IMG/VR virus record: IMGVR_UViG_3300035183_000072
Location: 1-27,953 of that record
Source of the DNA: a virus
Lineage: Duplodnaviria; Caudoviricetes
Length of the DNA: 27,953 bases
Direction: 5' to 3' (one strand)
In this document: positions 10,375-18,927 of the stretch, one piece after another
Numbering within the stretch: position 1 is the stretch's first letter
Layout: each line of letters starts with the position of its first letter
Program-made: the position numbers and the translations under genes
The notes under the pieces: model-generated
Told to the model about the DNA's origin: nothing
The model's input: only the letters and a program-made list of their open reading frames with translations
The model's database searches: none

Positions 10375-10662
10375 TTACTCCACGGAAATAGACCCGTCAA
10401 TACGTGAAAGCACCGACATCAGTCCACCATCTGCCAGCGCACGCAACGTCTCGACGGCTTGGTTGTGCTCGTTGTGCAGGCGCAGCGTTTCCTCCGATTC
10501 TGCGCCAATTGTTGTGTGGAACATCAGCTTTCTGCTCTGCGAACTCAGGATTCGCTTTACCATCTTGATGGCTTCAGGCAGTGTAAACAGGTTGTTTACA
10601 GCGGCGTCGTTGAACGCCTCCGTTGCCTCCATCAGTTCGTCGCAACACCGGTCAGCCTTCAT
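10375..10662 (-). CDS. hypothetical protein
   Basis: ATG at 10662 (MKADRCC...) fits operon packing better than the longer ORF call. Confidence 0.55.
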   Translation of the reverse strand: MKADRCCDELMEATEAFNDAAVNNLFTLPEAIKMVKRILSSQSRKLMFHTTIGAESEETLRLHNEHNQAVETLRALADGGLMSVLSRIDGSISVE

Positions 10663-10876
10663 CCTGTCGATTGTCGACGAGATGCTTCGCCTCCGCGATG
10701 GCATACTGAATCCTCCTGTGTATCGGTGCCGTCGACCTGTTGATCTCGACCGACAGCGAAACATCCTCCAGAAGCGCCACAAGGACGCCGATCTGCCTAC
10801 GAAGCTCGCTACAGGTTGGACACGTCGAGCGACATTGCAGCTTCGACTGCCGCTTTGTATAACTTGAGCTTTTCAC
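10652..10876 (-). CDS. hypothetical small protein (CPTC motif; start uncertain)
   Basis: Fills the gap between neighbours in the operon. Confidence 0.4.
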   Translation of the reverse strand: MKSSSYTKRQSKLQCRSTCPTCSELRRQIGVLVALLEDVSLSVEINRSTAPIHRRIQYAIAEAKHLVDNRQDEG

Positions 10877-11207
10877 CGACGACCTCCATCAGCCAAGGCG
10901 GGACGTCTTCGTGCTCTCCATCCTCGATGGCGCGCACGACTTTGGTCCCAACGTCGCTGAACATCGAAAGCATGGCATTCCAGCGCGGCTTATCCTCCCC
11001 ATACACAGACGGGAAGTAGGCCTCAAGCCGGAAGTCTCCATCCCTCGACTCGGACAGGCTGTAAACCGCGACGCCATATTTGCCGTCACTTTCGGTTGCC
11101 TCCTTGCCAGCTTCGTCGATTGCCTTCTCCTTGTCGGAGGTGGCGCACACTAGGTACTGGTGTACGTTCGTCCACCCCCACATGTAAGCGACAACCACAT
11201 AGGTCAC
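10809..11207 (-). CDS. hypothetical protein
   Basis: GTGA coupling to the upstream mini-gene; protein-like composition. Confidence 0.65.
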   Translation of the reverse strand: MTYVVVAYMWGWTNVHQYLVCATSDKEKAIDEAGKEATESDGKYGVAVYSLSESRDGDFRLEAYFPSVYGEDKPRWNAMLSMFSDVGTKVVRAIEDGEHEDVPPWLMEVVGEKLKLYKAAVEAAMSLDVSNL

Positions 11208-11347
11208 TTTTTCTTCTCCTTCTTGACGGCCTTCCCGAGCAGGCCTAGTTTCTGCATGGTGCCGTACACGTACGCGTTGGCCCGGTCGCCAGTCAGGCCC
11301 TTCTTCTTGGCCTCACGCTTCAGTTTCATCTCCACTTCTTTCGGCAT
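11204..11347 (-). CDS. 47-aa basic protein MPKEVEMKLKREAKKKGLTGDRANAYVYGTMQKLG...
   Basis: Strong AAGGAGGT RBS; stop overlaps the next start; below the ORF-track size cutoff. Confidence 0.7.
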   Translation of the reverse strand: MPKEVEMKLKREAKKKGLTGDRANAYVYGTMQKLGLLGKAVKKEKKK

Positions 11348-11358
11348 AGCTACCTCCT

Positions 11359-11641
11359 TCAGTCAAGTCGTTCGCGGAACTCGCGGCGCAGAGCGTCGCG
11401 GAGAAGGAACAGCATCCACTGCGCGTGCAGCCTCGACGGGTGTCTCCTACAGGCGCAAAACAGAACGAAGCGCCAGAACGCGATCCGCAAGATCAGGTAG
11501 GTTGCGTACAGTGGGTTGAACATGGCCATATTGCTCATCTGACACGTCATGTCAAGTGTGCAGGCGCCCATCAGACATCTCCTTGTGGGTATAGAACTCG
11601 GACAGGTTCTTGGTGATGCCGCAGATACTGCACTTCTTCAT
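11359..11641 (-). pseudogene. Frameshifted CxxC...CxxC zinc-finger gene resembling the N-terminus of HNH endonucleases
   Basis: MKKCSICGITKNLSEFY...DGRLHT then TGA at 11552-54. Removing one base restores C-M-T-C and joins the ORF ending at 11359. Confidence 0.6.
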
Positions 11642-11645
11642 ATTC

Positions 11646-11696
11646 CCTCCGTTCCATGGTCGAATGTCCGATTCGACCATCATCTCAGAACGGAGG
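11646..11696 (-). promoter_or_regulatory. RBS-sequestering hairpin
   Basis: Outer 9-bp stem CCTCCGTTC/GAACGGAGG contains the SD of the gene at 11641; inner perfect 10-bp stem ATGGTCGAAT/ATTCGACCAT. Confidence 0.75.
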
Positions 11697-12110
11697 ACAA
11701 TTAAAAGGGAGATCGTCGTCCATCTCAGCGATGCCGCCAGACGTGTCCACCGGCGATGCAGATGTTTTTTGCTCGACATCTTCACGCTTCGCTGTGCGCC
11801 CGATAAGCTGGATGCGCTCCGCAACGATCTCGGTTACGTCGCGCTCGTTGCCGCTCTTGTCTGTCCACTTGCGCGTACGAAGGCGACCCTCGATGTAGAT
11901 GAGGTCGCCCTTCTTGGCATACTTTCCGACCACATCTGCGAGGCGGTCCCAAGCGACGACACGGTGCCACTCTGTATCTTCGTCGACCTTCGACTTCCTG
12001 AACGTCGTGGCCACGTTGAATGAAGCCACAGACGTCTCTGCCGAGAGGTGCTTCACCTCAGGATCTTTACCGATGCGGCCAAGTATGATGGCCCTATTCA
12101 CGCTCGACAT
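11685..12110 (-). CDS. ssb: Single-stranded DNA-binding protein
   Basis: MSSVNRAIILGRIGKDPEV, TEWHRVV, KGDLIYIEGRLRTRKW, acidic DDDLPF tail. Confidence 0.97.
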   Translation of the reverse strand: MSSVNRAIILGRIGKDPEVKHLSAETSVASFNVATTFRKSKVDEDTEWHRVVAWDRLADVVGKYAKKGDLIYIEGRLRTRKWTDKSGNERDVTEIVAERIQLIGRTAKREDVEQKTSASPVDTSGGIAEMDDDLPFNCPPF

Positions 12111-12990
12111 TACCACTCCTTTCGATGACAACACGCTTCTCCCACCGTCCACCGGTCGAGAACCGTTTCATGAACTCTTCGAACGACTCCCACGGCGGCA
12201 GAAGCTCCTTGATCGCTGCGTCCTTGTCCACTTGGTTGTTTTTCCAGTAGCGCCGTACAGTGACGCCTCCGCCGGTTGCACTTGTATCTCCGGCAAGCTC
12301 CTTCAGCTTCTGCTTGATTTGGTCCGCCTGAGCAGAAAGCTCCGCGATCTTGGCGTTCGTCTCAATCAGCGACGTCGCCAGCGACAGCCACAGGCTGTCG
12401 TCCCTAGTCACGCAGTCGGTCGGGCGGACTTTCTTGTTGACGTACTTCTCGAAGAATTCGTCCCACGCGCGCCGGATGTTGTCCCACCGCTTCTGGTCGG
12501 GCTTATACTCGATGAAAAGGCCACCACCCGGCGTCCACACGTAGAGGCCGACCCTGTCGGATCCGAACACCCTGTACTGGTGCTCAAGCTGTTCGGCGTA
12601 CTGAGGCTCGATCTCGCCATTGAGCGCCTCCTTCCACGTCGACGACGCTGTGCCGCTGTATGGGCACTTGATGTCGACGATCCAGTTTTTCGAGTAGAAG
12701 TCCAGCGACGCCATATAGTCGCCACGGTACCCGACGATTGGATCGCCTGTTTCATTCAACACAAGCTCAAGCTCCGCGCGCGCCTTCGGCTCCATCTCCT
12801 TGCCGTACCTCATAGCGGCGTTCTCGCCGACCCCAACGCCGCTGACGAAGTAGTCGTACGCGTCGGTGATGGATCCGAAGCGGCTTGAGCCGGTGACCAT
12901 CGGGGTCATCGATGCTGGCCTCTTCGTCCGCCTAAGCGTGTGCCACTCTTGCGACCCCTGCTCTACGTTCACGATCACTAGGTCGCTCAC
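12094..12990 (-). CDS. YqaJ/lambda-exonuclease-like recombination nuclease
   Basis: EQGSQEWH..R, AMRYGKEMEP.AR, ASLD, DIKCPY and Y..QLEHQ motifs; probable GTG start at 12990. Confidence 0.9.
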   Translation of the reverse strand: MSDLVIVNVEQGSQEWHTLRRTKRPASMTPMVTGSSRFGSITDAYDYFVSGVGVGENAAMRYGKEMEPKARAELELVLNETGDPIVGYRGDYMASLDFYSKNWIVDIKCPYSGTASSTWKEALNGEIEPQYAEQLEHQYRVFGSDRVGLYVWTPGGGLFIEYKPDQKRWDNIRRAWDEFFEKYVNKKVRPTDCVTRDDSLWLSLATSLIETNAKIAELSAQADQIKQKLKELAGDTSATGGGVTVRRYWKNNQVDKDAAIKELLPPWESFEEFMKRFSTGGRWEKRVVIERSGNVERE

Positions 12991-13211
12991 GCCACCCTCC
13001 ACACCCTGATAATCTCGCCCATTTTGCGGATCGTGACGTTTATCCCGATGCGCTTGGCAACAGGGTAGATGCTCGCTTTCATCCTCGCCGGGACGTCGAT
13101 GTACGTCCCGACCGTCATGTTACGCATCGCGTTGGCCAACCCGGGTACCCTCGTCCGCTTCTGCGGCGGGTTCGGGTCGCGCTTGATCTCGAAGATGATT
13201 TCCTCACTCAT
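12987..13211 (-). CDS. small basic putative DNA-binding protein
   Basis: ATG at 13211; M.VG...VP...R......IRVWRVA pattern common next to phage recombination genes. Confidence 0.6.
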   Translation of the reverse strand: MSEEIIFEIKRDPNPPQKRTRVPGLANAMRNMTVGTYIDVPARMKASIYPVAKRIGINVTIRKMGEIIRVWRVA

Positions 13212-13213
13212 GG

Positions 13214-13849
13214 CTACTGCACCTTTGCCCGTGGAGTGTGCCCGATCTCTCTCGCCTTGTCGGCTAGCTTCTGCCGCATACGTGCCCACAGTTCGCGGTC
13301 ACCAGCGTCCTTGCATGCGGAGAAGACGTACGACTTTGCCGACTCCCACTCGTCGCCAGTCGTGACGCCTTCGATGGTGTCCGACAGTGCGGACTCATCA
13401 ACCTGCTTCGGAGACGCGACGACCGCTGGCGTGTGCGCGTCAGCGTCGTTGTCGCCCTCAGTCGGGATTGCGAACGTCTGGATAGCGAAGTACTTGTACG
13501 CCGCAGACATGGCTTTGTTTGTCGCCTTGTCGGCGGAGTCCATCGCCTCCCCGATAAACGGGCCAGCGACTATCTCGCTGCCGTCCTCGTGGATGATACG
13601 GTACTTCCCTTCCACTACGACGGAGAAGATGACGCCGCCATTCTTGGCAGCCTTCTCCGTGATTACACGGTTAGAGTACGACGGCACGACGACCACCTTG
13701 TACTTCGCATACAGAGACGACAGCGCATTCAGCACGTCGTCGATGCCACGGAACATGTACCCCTGCTGCGCGTTCCTGCGTTGCTTGGAGATGCCTTCCG
13801 CAGCGAGTTCACCGATGATCGCAGCTACCGCTTTGATGACACCTGACAT
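13214..13849 (-). CDS. erf: ERF-family single-strand annealing protein
   Basis: Y.FRGIDDV, GEAMDSADKATNKAMSAAYKY...F.IPTEGDNDAD. Confidence 0.92.
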   Translation of the reverse strand: MSGVIKAVAAIIGELAAEGISKQRRNAQQGYMFRGIDDVLNALSSLYAKYKVVVVPSYSNRVITEKAAKNGGVIFSVVVEGKYRIIHEDGSEIVAGPFIGEAMDSADKATNKAMSAAYKYFAIQTFAIPTEGDNDADAHTPAVVASPKQVDESALSDTIEGVTTGDEWESAKSYVFSACKDAGDRELWARMRQKLADKAREIGHTPRAKVQ

Positions 13850-13920
13850 CTTGCCCCCTTCGTTTTAGAACCCATCCGCCACAGAGCGGTGGCGGCACAA
13901 GACTACTACGTGTTGGACGG

Positions 13921-13949
13921 AGAATAGCACGCCCGTTGACAGGTGACAA
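13921..13949 (-). promoter_or_regulatory. sigma70-type leftward promoter for the recombination operon
   Basis: TTGTCA-17-TATTCT with an extended TG on the minus strand. Confidence 0.65.
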
Positions 13950-13995
13950 TAGATTTCGTGTCTGTTGCGTAAATACAACTACCGCATTCTTGGTA

Positions 13996-14022
13996 TTGAC
14001 AGCGAGAATTTTGTGGTATGCT
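13996..14022 (+). promoter_or_regulatory. Rightward promoter (extended -10) upstream of the structured element and dnaB
   Basis: TTGACA, a short 15-nt spacer ending in TGG, then TATGCT. Confidence 0.5.
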
Positions 14023-14030
14023 TCACTCCA

Positions 14031-14405
14031 CGTGGTCGGTGGGGTTCCCCCTAGCCGCCCCGGCTACGCAACGTAGCAACCGACCACGCCTTCACACTCT
14101 GGGGAAAGTGTGTGGCGCACTCCGCGCGTCAGAAGTGGGCCTGCATGGGCCGCTCGGAGCAGAACACCGACTCAGCGCTACGGTCGTTAAACAATTCGCA
14201 GCGGGGTGCAACTCCCATACGACTGCGGGCTAGGCTGTATACCGTGCTGGCCGGGGAGCGTACGAGCGTTGCGTGCGCCGATACACGGTTCTACAAAGGC
14301 GATCCCCTCTCCTACTCTCAACTTTCCGTTGGGGGGTAGGGGGGGCTGTCCTGCGATCCCCGTTATGGGGACAACGTAGCCACATGGGAGGGCGCAACCG
14401 CGCCC
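14031..14405 (+). ncRNA. Candidate structured ncRNA, long leader or replication-origin element
   Basis: Series of stems: 14031-40/14079-88 (perfect 10 bp), 14093-14112, 14197-14227 with T-loop-like GGGTGCAACTCCC, 14241-14289, G:U-rich 14304-14345, 14357-14371, 14390-14405. No credible ORF. Confidence 0.6.
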
Positions 14406-14421
14406 GGTTAGGGAGATTTTC

Positions 14422-15747
14422 ATGTTATCTGATGCTACAAGGTCTGTTGAGGCTGAACAGGCACTACTTGGTTCTTTGATGCTTGATGGTGAATGTATCG
14501 ACAGGGTAGAAGATGTTTCTGTTGAACACTTCTCCGTTGGTATCCACCGTCAGATTTACTCTGCCATCATCTGGCTTTACGAGAACTCCAAACCAACAGA
14601 CATCGTGTCAGTCTTCGAAAGACTCAGGGAGACTGGTCACGATGTCGAGATGCAGTACCTGAACGACCTTGTTTCGTCTACACCCAGTTCTGCTGGTGTT
14701 GCCCGGTATGCAGAGGTCGTCAGGTCGAAGGCTCTTGAACGTGGTCTCGTAGCAGCAGGTTCAAGGATCATCGAGGTTGCGACGTCTGCCCTACCTACCG
14801 ACGAGAAGCTCGACACTGCACAGTCCGAGATCGAGTCGGTTACGAGCAGGAGGGCTCGCCGTGTTGCTAGGCACATCGGCGACATCGCAACCGAGTCGGT
14901 CAAGACTGTCTCCGGCAGGTCTGAAGGGCGCGAGTCAGTCATCCGTACCGGAATCGCATCAGTAGACCGCGCCCTCTGTGGTGGCCTCCGTCGAGGAAAC
15001 CTTGTCATCGTTGCTGCCAGACCTTCGGTCGGCAAGACCGCGTTCGCCCAGACCATCGGGATGTACGCTGCACGCGAACACTCGGTCATGATGCTTTCGA
15101 TGGAGATGAGTTGCCGAGAGGTCGGCGACAGGGCGCTGGCCCAGATCGGCAGCATCCCGCTTGACTGGATCATGTCGCCAGACCAGAACGACGAGTACTG
15201 GTCGCGCCTTGTGGACGCGTCAGCCTTCTGCGGGCAACTGAAGTTCTACGTCGACGACCAGAGCGGACTGTCGATCTTCGACGTCAAGACGAAGGCGAGG
15301 GCGCACAAGAGGAGAGCAGGGCTCGATCTTCTGATCGTGGACTACCTCCAACTGATGGTCGGCAACCGCGAGAACAGGAACGCAGAGATCGAGGAGATCA
15401 GCCGAGGGTTGAAGGCGATTGCGAAGGAGCTTGACGTTGCGGTCGTAGCACTGTCGCAACTTAGCCGCAGGTGCGAAGAACGTAACAACAAGAGGCCGAC
15501 ACTCTCCGACCTCCGTGACTCTGGAGCCATCGAGCAGGATGCAGACATCGTGATGATGCTGTACGCTGAGGAGCGGTATAACGACGACCCGGAGTGGAAA
15601 GGAATCAGGGAGCTTCTCATCGAGAAGAACCGTCAAGGCGGGTTGTGCTCAATACCTCTCATGTACATTGGAAACCTGACGAAGTTCGCGCAACTTCAAG
15701 GCGAACTTCCGAAGCGTCGTAGCAGGAGGGACGATGAATACTTCTGA
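14422..15747 (+). CDS. dnaB: Replicative DNA helicase
   Basis: EAEQALLG, AARPSVGKT, SMEM, IVDYLQLM, ALSQLSR, DLRDSGAIEQDAD, KNRQG. Confidence 0.97.
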   Translation: MLSDATRSVEAEQALLGSLMLDGECIDRVEDVSVEHFSVGIHRQIYSAIIWLYENSKPTDIVSVFERLRETGHDVEMQYLNDLVSSTPSSAGVARYAEVVRSKALERGLVAAGSRIIEVATSALPTDEKLDTAQSEIESVTSRRARRVARHIGDIATESVKTVSGRSEGRESVIRTGIASVDRALCGGLRRGNLVIVAARPSVGKTAFAQTIGMYAAREHSVMMLSMEMSCREVGDRALAQIGSIPLDWIMSPDQNDEYWSRLVDASAFCGQLKFYVDDQSGLSIFDVKTKARAHKRRAGLDLLIVDYLQLMVGNRENRNAEIEEISRGLKAIAKELDVAVVALSQLSRRCEERNNKRPTLSDLRDSGAIEQDADIVMMLYAEERYNDDPEWKGIRELLIEKNRQGGLCSIPLMYIGNLTKFAQLQGELPKRRSRRDDEYF

Positions 15748-15940
15748 CGAAGAGTACAGGCACCAGTGTGAGGTGCGCTTCTTTCTGAAGATGAAGGCTT
15801 CAGGGCAGATGAGGCGGGCACTAGCACTCATCGGAAGGGTGCTCGTAACACGAGGACAGGAGGCTGCAGACAGGATCAGGCGTGACGCGAACGAGCAGTG
15901 GGAAAAAGGCAACAGAGGCGAAGATGGGTGTTGGCTTTGA
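15734..15940 (+). CDS. small phage protein (EEYRHQCEVR motif)
   Basis: Overlaps the dnaB end; GGAGG RBS. Confidence 0.65.
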   Translation: MNTSDEEYRHQCEVRFFLKMKASGQMRRALALIGRVLVTRGQEAADRIRRDANEQWEKGNRGEDGCWL

Positions 15941-16184
15941 CTACGTTCTGGTATTCTTGGCCAGCTTCGTGTTCGTTATGGTGAAGGCGTTTCAGCAACT
16001 GAACGTGCAGCACGACAAGTTCGCTTGGGTCGTACCTACATCTATGTCGATGGCCGTGTGCGAGGTCTTCGTGATAGCAAACGTCGCACACAACGGTTGG
16101 GGCTGGATCGTTATCCCTACAGGCCTTGGTAGCGGTCTAGGGTGCATAGTTGCAATGGTGATCCACAGGAGGCTTCGTGGTTAA
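15924..16184 (+). CDS. small multi-TM membrane protein
   Basis: Three hydrophobic segments; GLGSGLG motif. Confidence 0.65.
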   Translation: MGVGFDYVLVFLASFVFVMVKAFQQLNVQHDKFAWVVPTSMSMAVCEVFVIANVAHNGWGWIVIPTGLGSGLGCIVAMVIHRRLRG

Positions 16185-16791
16185 GCGAACGTACGTCGAG
16201 GTTCCGGTCGGGTTATCCGTCGTTGGTTGCGCGCCGAATAGCCCGTTGGTCGTAGGCATTACTGGCACAGCAGGATCAGGAAAGACTACTGCTGCACGCA
16301 TCATGTGCGACAGGTACGACTTCTCAAGAGTCAGGGTCGCAGAACCGATCAAGAGGATGGCGCGCGCACTCGGGCTTACGCACGATCAGGTTGACGGTCC
16401 TCTGAAGGACATTCCTCTCGACGAACTGTGCGGCAAGACTCCACGGTACGTGATGCAGACACTCGGTACCGAGTGGGGCCGCAGGATGGTAGGGGAGGAC
16501 ATCTGGGTCAGGGTAGCCGAGAAGGAGATCAGGAGGCTGGTGTCGAACGGAGTCTCGGTCGTTGTCGACGACGTCAGGTTCCCTGATGAGGCTGCGATGA
16601 TCAAGAAGCTCGGTGGCTCGATGGTGCGTATCGAGAACCCAGTTGTCACACAATCAACCGCGCACGAGAGTGAGCGGCACATTTTCAACATCGAGGTCGA
16701 CTACATCATAGTAAACGGCGGATCTATTGCCGACCTCGGTCTCAGTGTCGAGGGCGTCGTGTCCTCGCTATTCACAATGGGGGTGCCATGA
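16177..16791 (+). CDS. Deoxynucleoside monophosphate kinase
   Basis: GITGTAGSGKT, A.PIK, TPR..MQTLGTEWGR, DDVRFPDE, HESE. Confidence 0.92.
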   Translation: MVKRTYVEVPVGLSVVGCAPNSPLVVGITGTAGSGKTTAARIMCDRYDFSRVRVAEPIKRMARALGLTHDQVDGPLKDIPLDELCGKTPRYVMQTLGTEWGRRMVGEDIWVRVAEKEIRRLVSNGVSVVVDDVRFPDEAAMIKKLGGSMVRIENPVVTQSTAHESERHIFNIEVDYIIVNGGSIADLGLSVEGVVSSLFTMGVP

Positions 16792-17069
16792 TCCTGAAAG
16801 AGGGAGTTGCTGAGGTCGGTTCTGTCGACAACCCGAAGGAATCTGTCCTTCGAACTCTACGCAACGGCCTCGAGTTCGCCGAGAAGTGCGAAGCTCCGGT
16901 TGCGTTCGTCATCGTTGCTGAGAGTGCCGGAAACGAGAACGCGAACCTGTCGTTCATCGGGACCACGATGTCACCGGAGCAGATGTACTTTGCCCTTCCG
17001 GGCGCTGTAAAGGTCGTCATGGAGACAATCGTCGACAGCGAGGTGAAAGGTGGGGAGGCGAAGAACTGA
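16788..17069 (+). CDS. hypothetical protein
   Basis: ATGA coupling. Confidence 0.6.
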   Translation: MILKEGVAEVGSVDNPKESVLRTLRNGLEFAEKCEAPVAFVIVAESAGNENANLSFIGTTMSPEQMYFALPGAVKVVMETIVDSEVKGGEAKN

Positions 17070-17262
17070 GGTTGAGTTCGGCCTATACGTCCACAAGTCT
17101 GGCAGGCCTAGGTACATCGTCGACATCAGGCCTCCATTCGTCCTGTACTCGAAGGGTGGCGACAGAATGTACGCGTGCAGGCTGAAGACGTTCAAGCGGT
17201 GGATGAGGGGCTCAAGCCATGTCAAGCTCGACTCTGTACCGGAATTTTGTCTTGAGGGATGA
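17050..17262 (+). CDS. hypothetical small basic protein
   Basis: Overlaps both neighbours; AGG RBS. Confidence 0.5.
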   Translation: MGRRRTEVEFGLYVHKSGRPRYIVDIRPPFVLYSKGGDRMYACRLKTFKRWMRGSSHVKLDSVPEFCLEG

Positions 17263-17620
17263 CGCTGTATGGGGGCGAGCGAAGGCGTTCATCGAAGCGA
17301 ACAGGAAATCAGTCCTGCTTTCTGTAACGGTATCTGAGGCGTCGAAGCCTAGGACGCGCGACCAGAACGACTACGCCAGAGCACTCGTCCGCGAGGTTGC
17401 GTCGAACGCGTGGGTTGGAGGTAGGCAGTTTTCTGCTGACGCTTGGTGGGAGTTCTTCGCCCGAGAGTTTGGCCCGTGCGACGAGGTCGAGCTTCCAAAC
17501 GGAGAGGTAGTGAAGCGTAGGCGGTCGACAACCGAGATGTCGGCTAAGGCGTTCTCGGAATTCATCGATGCGATCCGCGAGTACGCGGCAGATACGCTTG
17601 GTCTGGAGTTAACGATATGA
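17219..17620 (+). CDS. ninB: NinB-family recombination protein
   Basis: RTRDQN, W.GGR.FS.DAW, STTEMS...FSEFIDAI..Y. Confidence 0.85.
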   Translation: MSSSTLYRNFVLRDDAVWGRAKAFIEANRKSVLLSVTVSEASKPRTRDQNDYARALVREVASNAWVGGRQFSADAWWEFFAREFGPCDEVELPNGEVVKRRRSTTEMSAKAFSEFIDAIREYAADTLGLELTI

Positions 17621-17892
17621 GGTACCCGTCACTGAAGTTTGCTGCTGAGGACGAAAGCTGCATCTCGTGTGGAGCGCGCGATGGAACGGTCGTTCTTGCA
17701 CACAGGAACGAGGGGAAGGGCATGGGGATCAAGGCACCAGACTATTGGGCCCTTGACCTGTGTGCATCGTGCCACCGTGAGTACGACCAAGGGTCGAAGA
17801 TGTCGCGCGAGGAGAAGAGGGCTTGGTTCAATGCGCTCTACCCGAAGCAGGTTGAGCGTTGGGTAAAGAAGGGTCTGATGGTGATCGCGTAG
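17617..17892 (+). CDS. Zn-binding HNH-like protein (DUF1364/DUF968-like)
   Basis: CISCG...TVVLAH...KGMGIKAPD...LCASCH. Confidence 0.75.
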   Translation: MRYPSLKFAAEDESCISCGARDGTVVLAHRNEGKGMGIKAPDYWALDLCASCHREYDQGSKMSREEKRAWFNALYPKQVERWVKKGLMVIA

Positions 17893-17900
17893 GTGGGCTT

Positions 17901-18155
17901 GTGCGTTGCCTGAAGTGCGACAGCGAAACTTCGGTAGTCGACTCTCGTGACATCGTCGGTGGCCGCAGGCGCAGGAGGGAGTGCAAGCTGTGCGGGTACA
18001 GGTTCACGACGGTCGAGGTCGCGTCAGCGTCGCTTGAGACGTCGGCGGTCAGCAGGATCAAGCGGTGGAGGGAGAACGCGAACGCGACCCTAGAGGAGCT
18101 TGATGCTATCCTAGAGGAGGAGTCTGGTTTCAGGTGGGGCGTTGGTGATGGATAG
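17901..18155 (+). CDS. NrdR N-terminal-like zinc-ribbon protein
   Basis: C..C...TSVVDSR....RRRRECKLCGYRFTTVE. Confidence 0.8.
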   Translation: MRCLKCDSETSVVDSRDIVGGRRRRRECKLCGYRFTTVEVASASLETSAVSRIKRWRENANATLEELDAILEEESGFRWGVGDG

Positions 18156-18582
18156 GATAAAGGACGCCGACGACGCGCAGAAATACCTAGCCATCGCCTA
18201 CAACGACCCTCTGGCGCAAGTCGACTCGGTCGCGAGGGTATGGGGGGCGCACCAGATCGGGTACCGTGGTGTCAAGTGGTACCCTGACGCAGACTCTACA
18301 TGCAGGGACGCGTCGTCAAGCGTCCAGTGGGAGACTCCCGACGAGATCCACGACCGCAGGGAGCGGGAGCATTGGGTAGACGCTTTCGACGGTGCGATAG
18401 AAGACCTGCGTGACGACCTTGAGAAGGCGGTCCTGTGGGCCGTGTACGCGAACGAAGTAGGTTCGCCTGTATGGAAGCGCGGGCCATTCAGCAAGATGCC
18501 GCGCGAAAAAGTGAAGGCGCTCCTTAGGAGCGCCCTCCGAAACATCTCGCCGCCACTAAGGCGGCGTGGTGTGGACGTCTAG
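18148..18582 (+). CDS. Putative late-gene regulator (Q-like antiterminator by position)
   Basis: Last gene of a nin-like operon; AIEDL...KAVLWAVY helix pattern; pR'/tR'-like unit at 21465-21557. Confidence 0.5.
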   Translation: MDRIKDADDAQKYLAIAYNDPLAQVDSVARVWGAHQIGYRGVKWYPDADSTCRDASSSVQWETPDEIHDRREREHWVDAFDGAIEDLRDDLEKAVLWAVYANEVGSPVWKRGPFSKMPREKVKALLRSALRNISPPLRRRGVDV

Positions 18583-18893
18583 AGGCGGGTCGGGAACACG
18601 GGGACGACGCCCTCCTTGACGTACACTCCGATTGCATCTGGCGCGATGCGCCCGTAGTACCGACCTCCGCCGTTCGATACGAGTGCCGCCTCGACGTCGT
18701 CGTTCGTCGAGATCACGCCGACAAGGCTGAACCCCTCTGGCTTGTCGACGTACGGGATAGCCTTCACAAGCGACTTCACGACACGGGCACTCGACAGGTC
18801 GTCCTGCCAGACGGGCATCGGCGACCTGTTCTTGGCGGCGTAGATTGCCGAAGCTTTCCGGTTACTATCGGTGATGGTTTCGATGTCACGCAT
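18579..18893 (-). CDS. hypothetical protein
   Basis: AAAGGAG RBS before ATG 18893. Confidence 0.65.
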   Translation of the reverse strand: MRDIETITDSNRKASAIYAAKNRSPMPVWQDDLSSARVVKSLVKAIPYVDKPEGFSLVGVISTNDDVEAALVSNGGGRYYGRIAPDAIGVYVKEGVVPVFPTRL

Positions 18894-18927
18894 TGCTTCT
18901 CCTTTCATTCAGCCGGTTGGTTTGGTT

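Noticed and set aside
11545-11560. Programmed +1 frameshift of the prfB type at ACT TGA C
   Set aside because: Not the CTT TGA slippery context, and a +1 slip would not restore the missing cysteine.
11899-12888. Long + strand ORF (329 aa) and similar antisense ORFs such as 25391-26296, 2768-3524 and 13236-13868
   Set aside because: Shadows of well-supported genes on the opposite strand in GC-rich DNA; no recognisable motifs.
14018-14479. Short ORFs upstream of dnaB as a possible initiator or Cro
   Set aside because: No RBS, HTH or typical codon pattern; the region is better explained by secondary structure.
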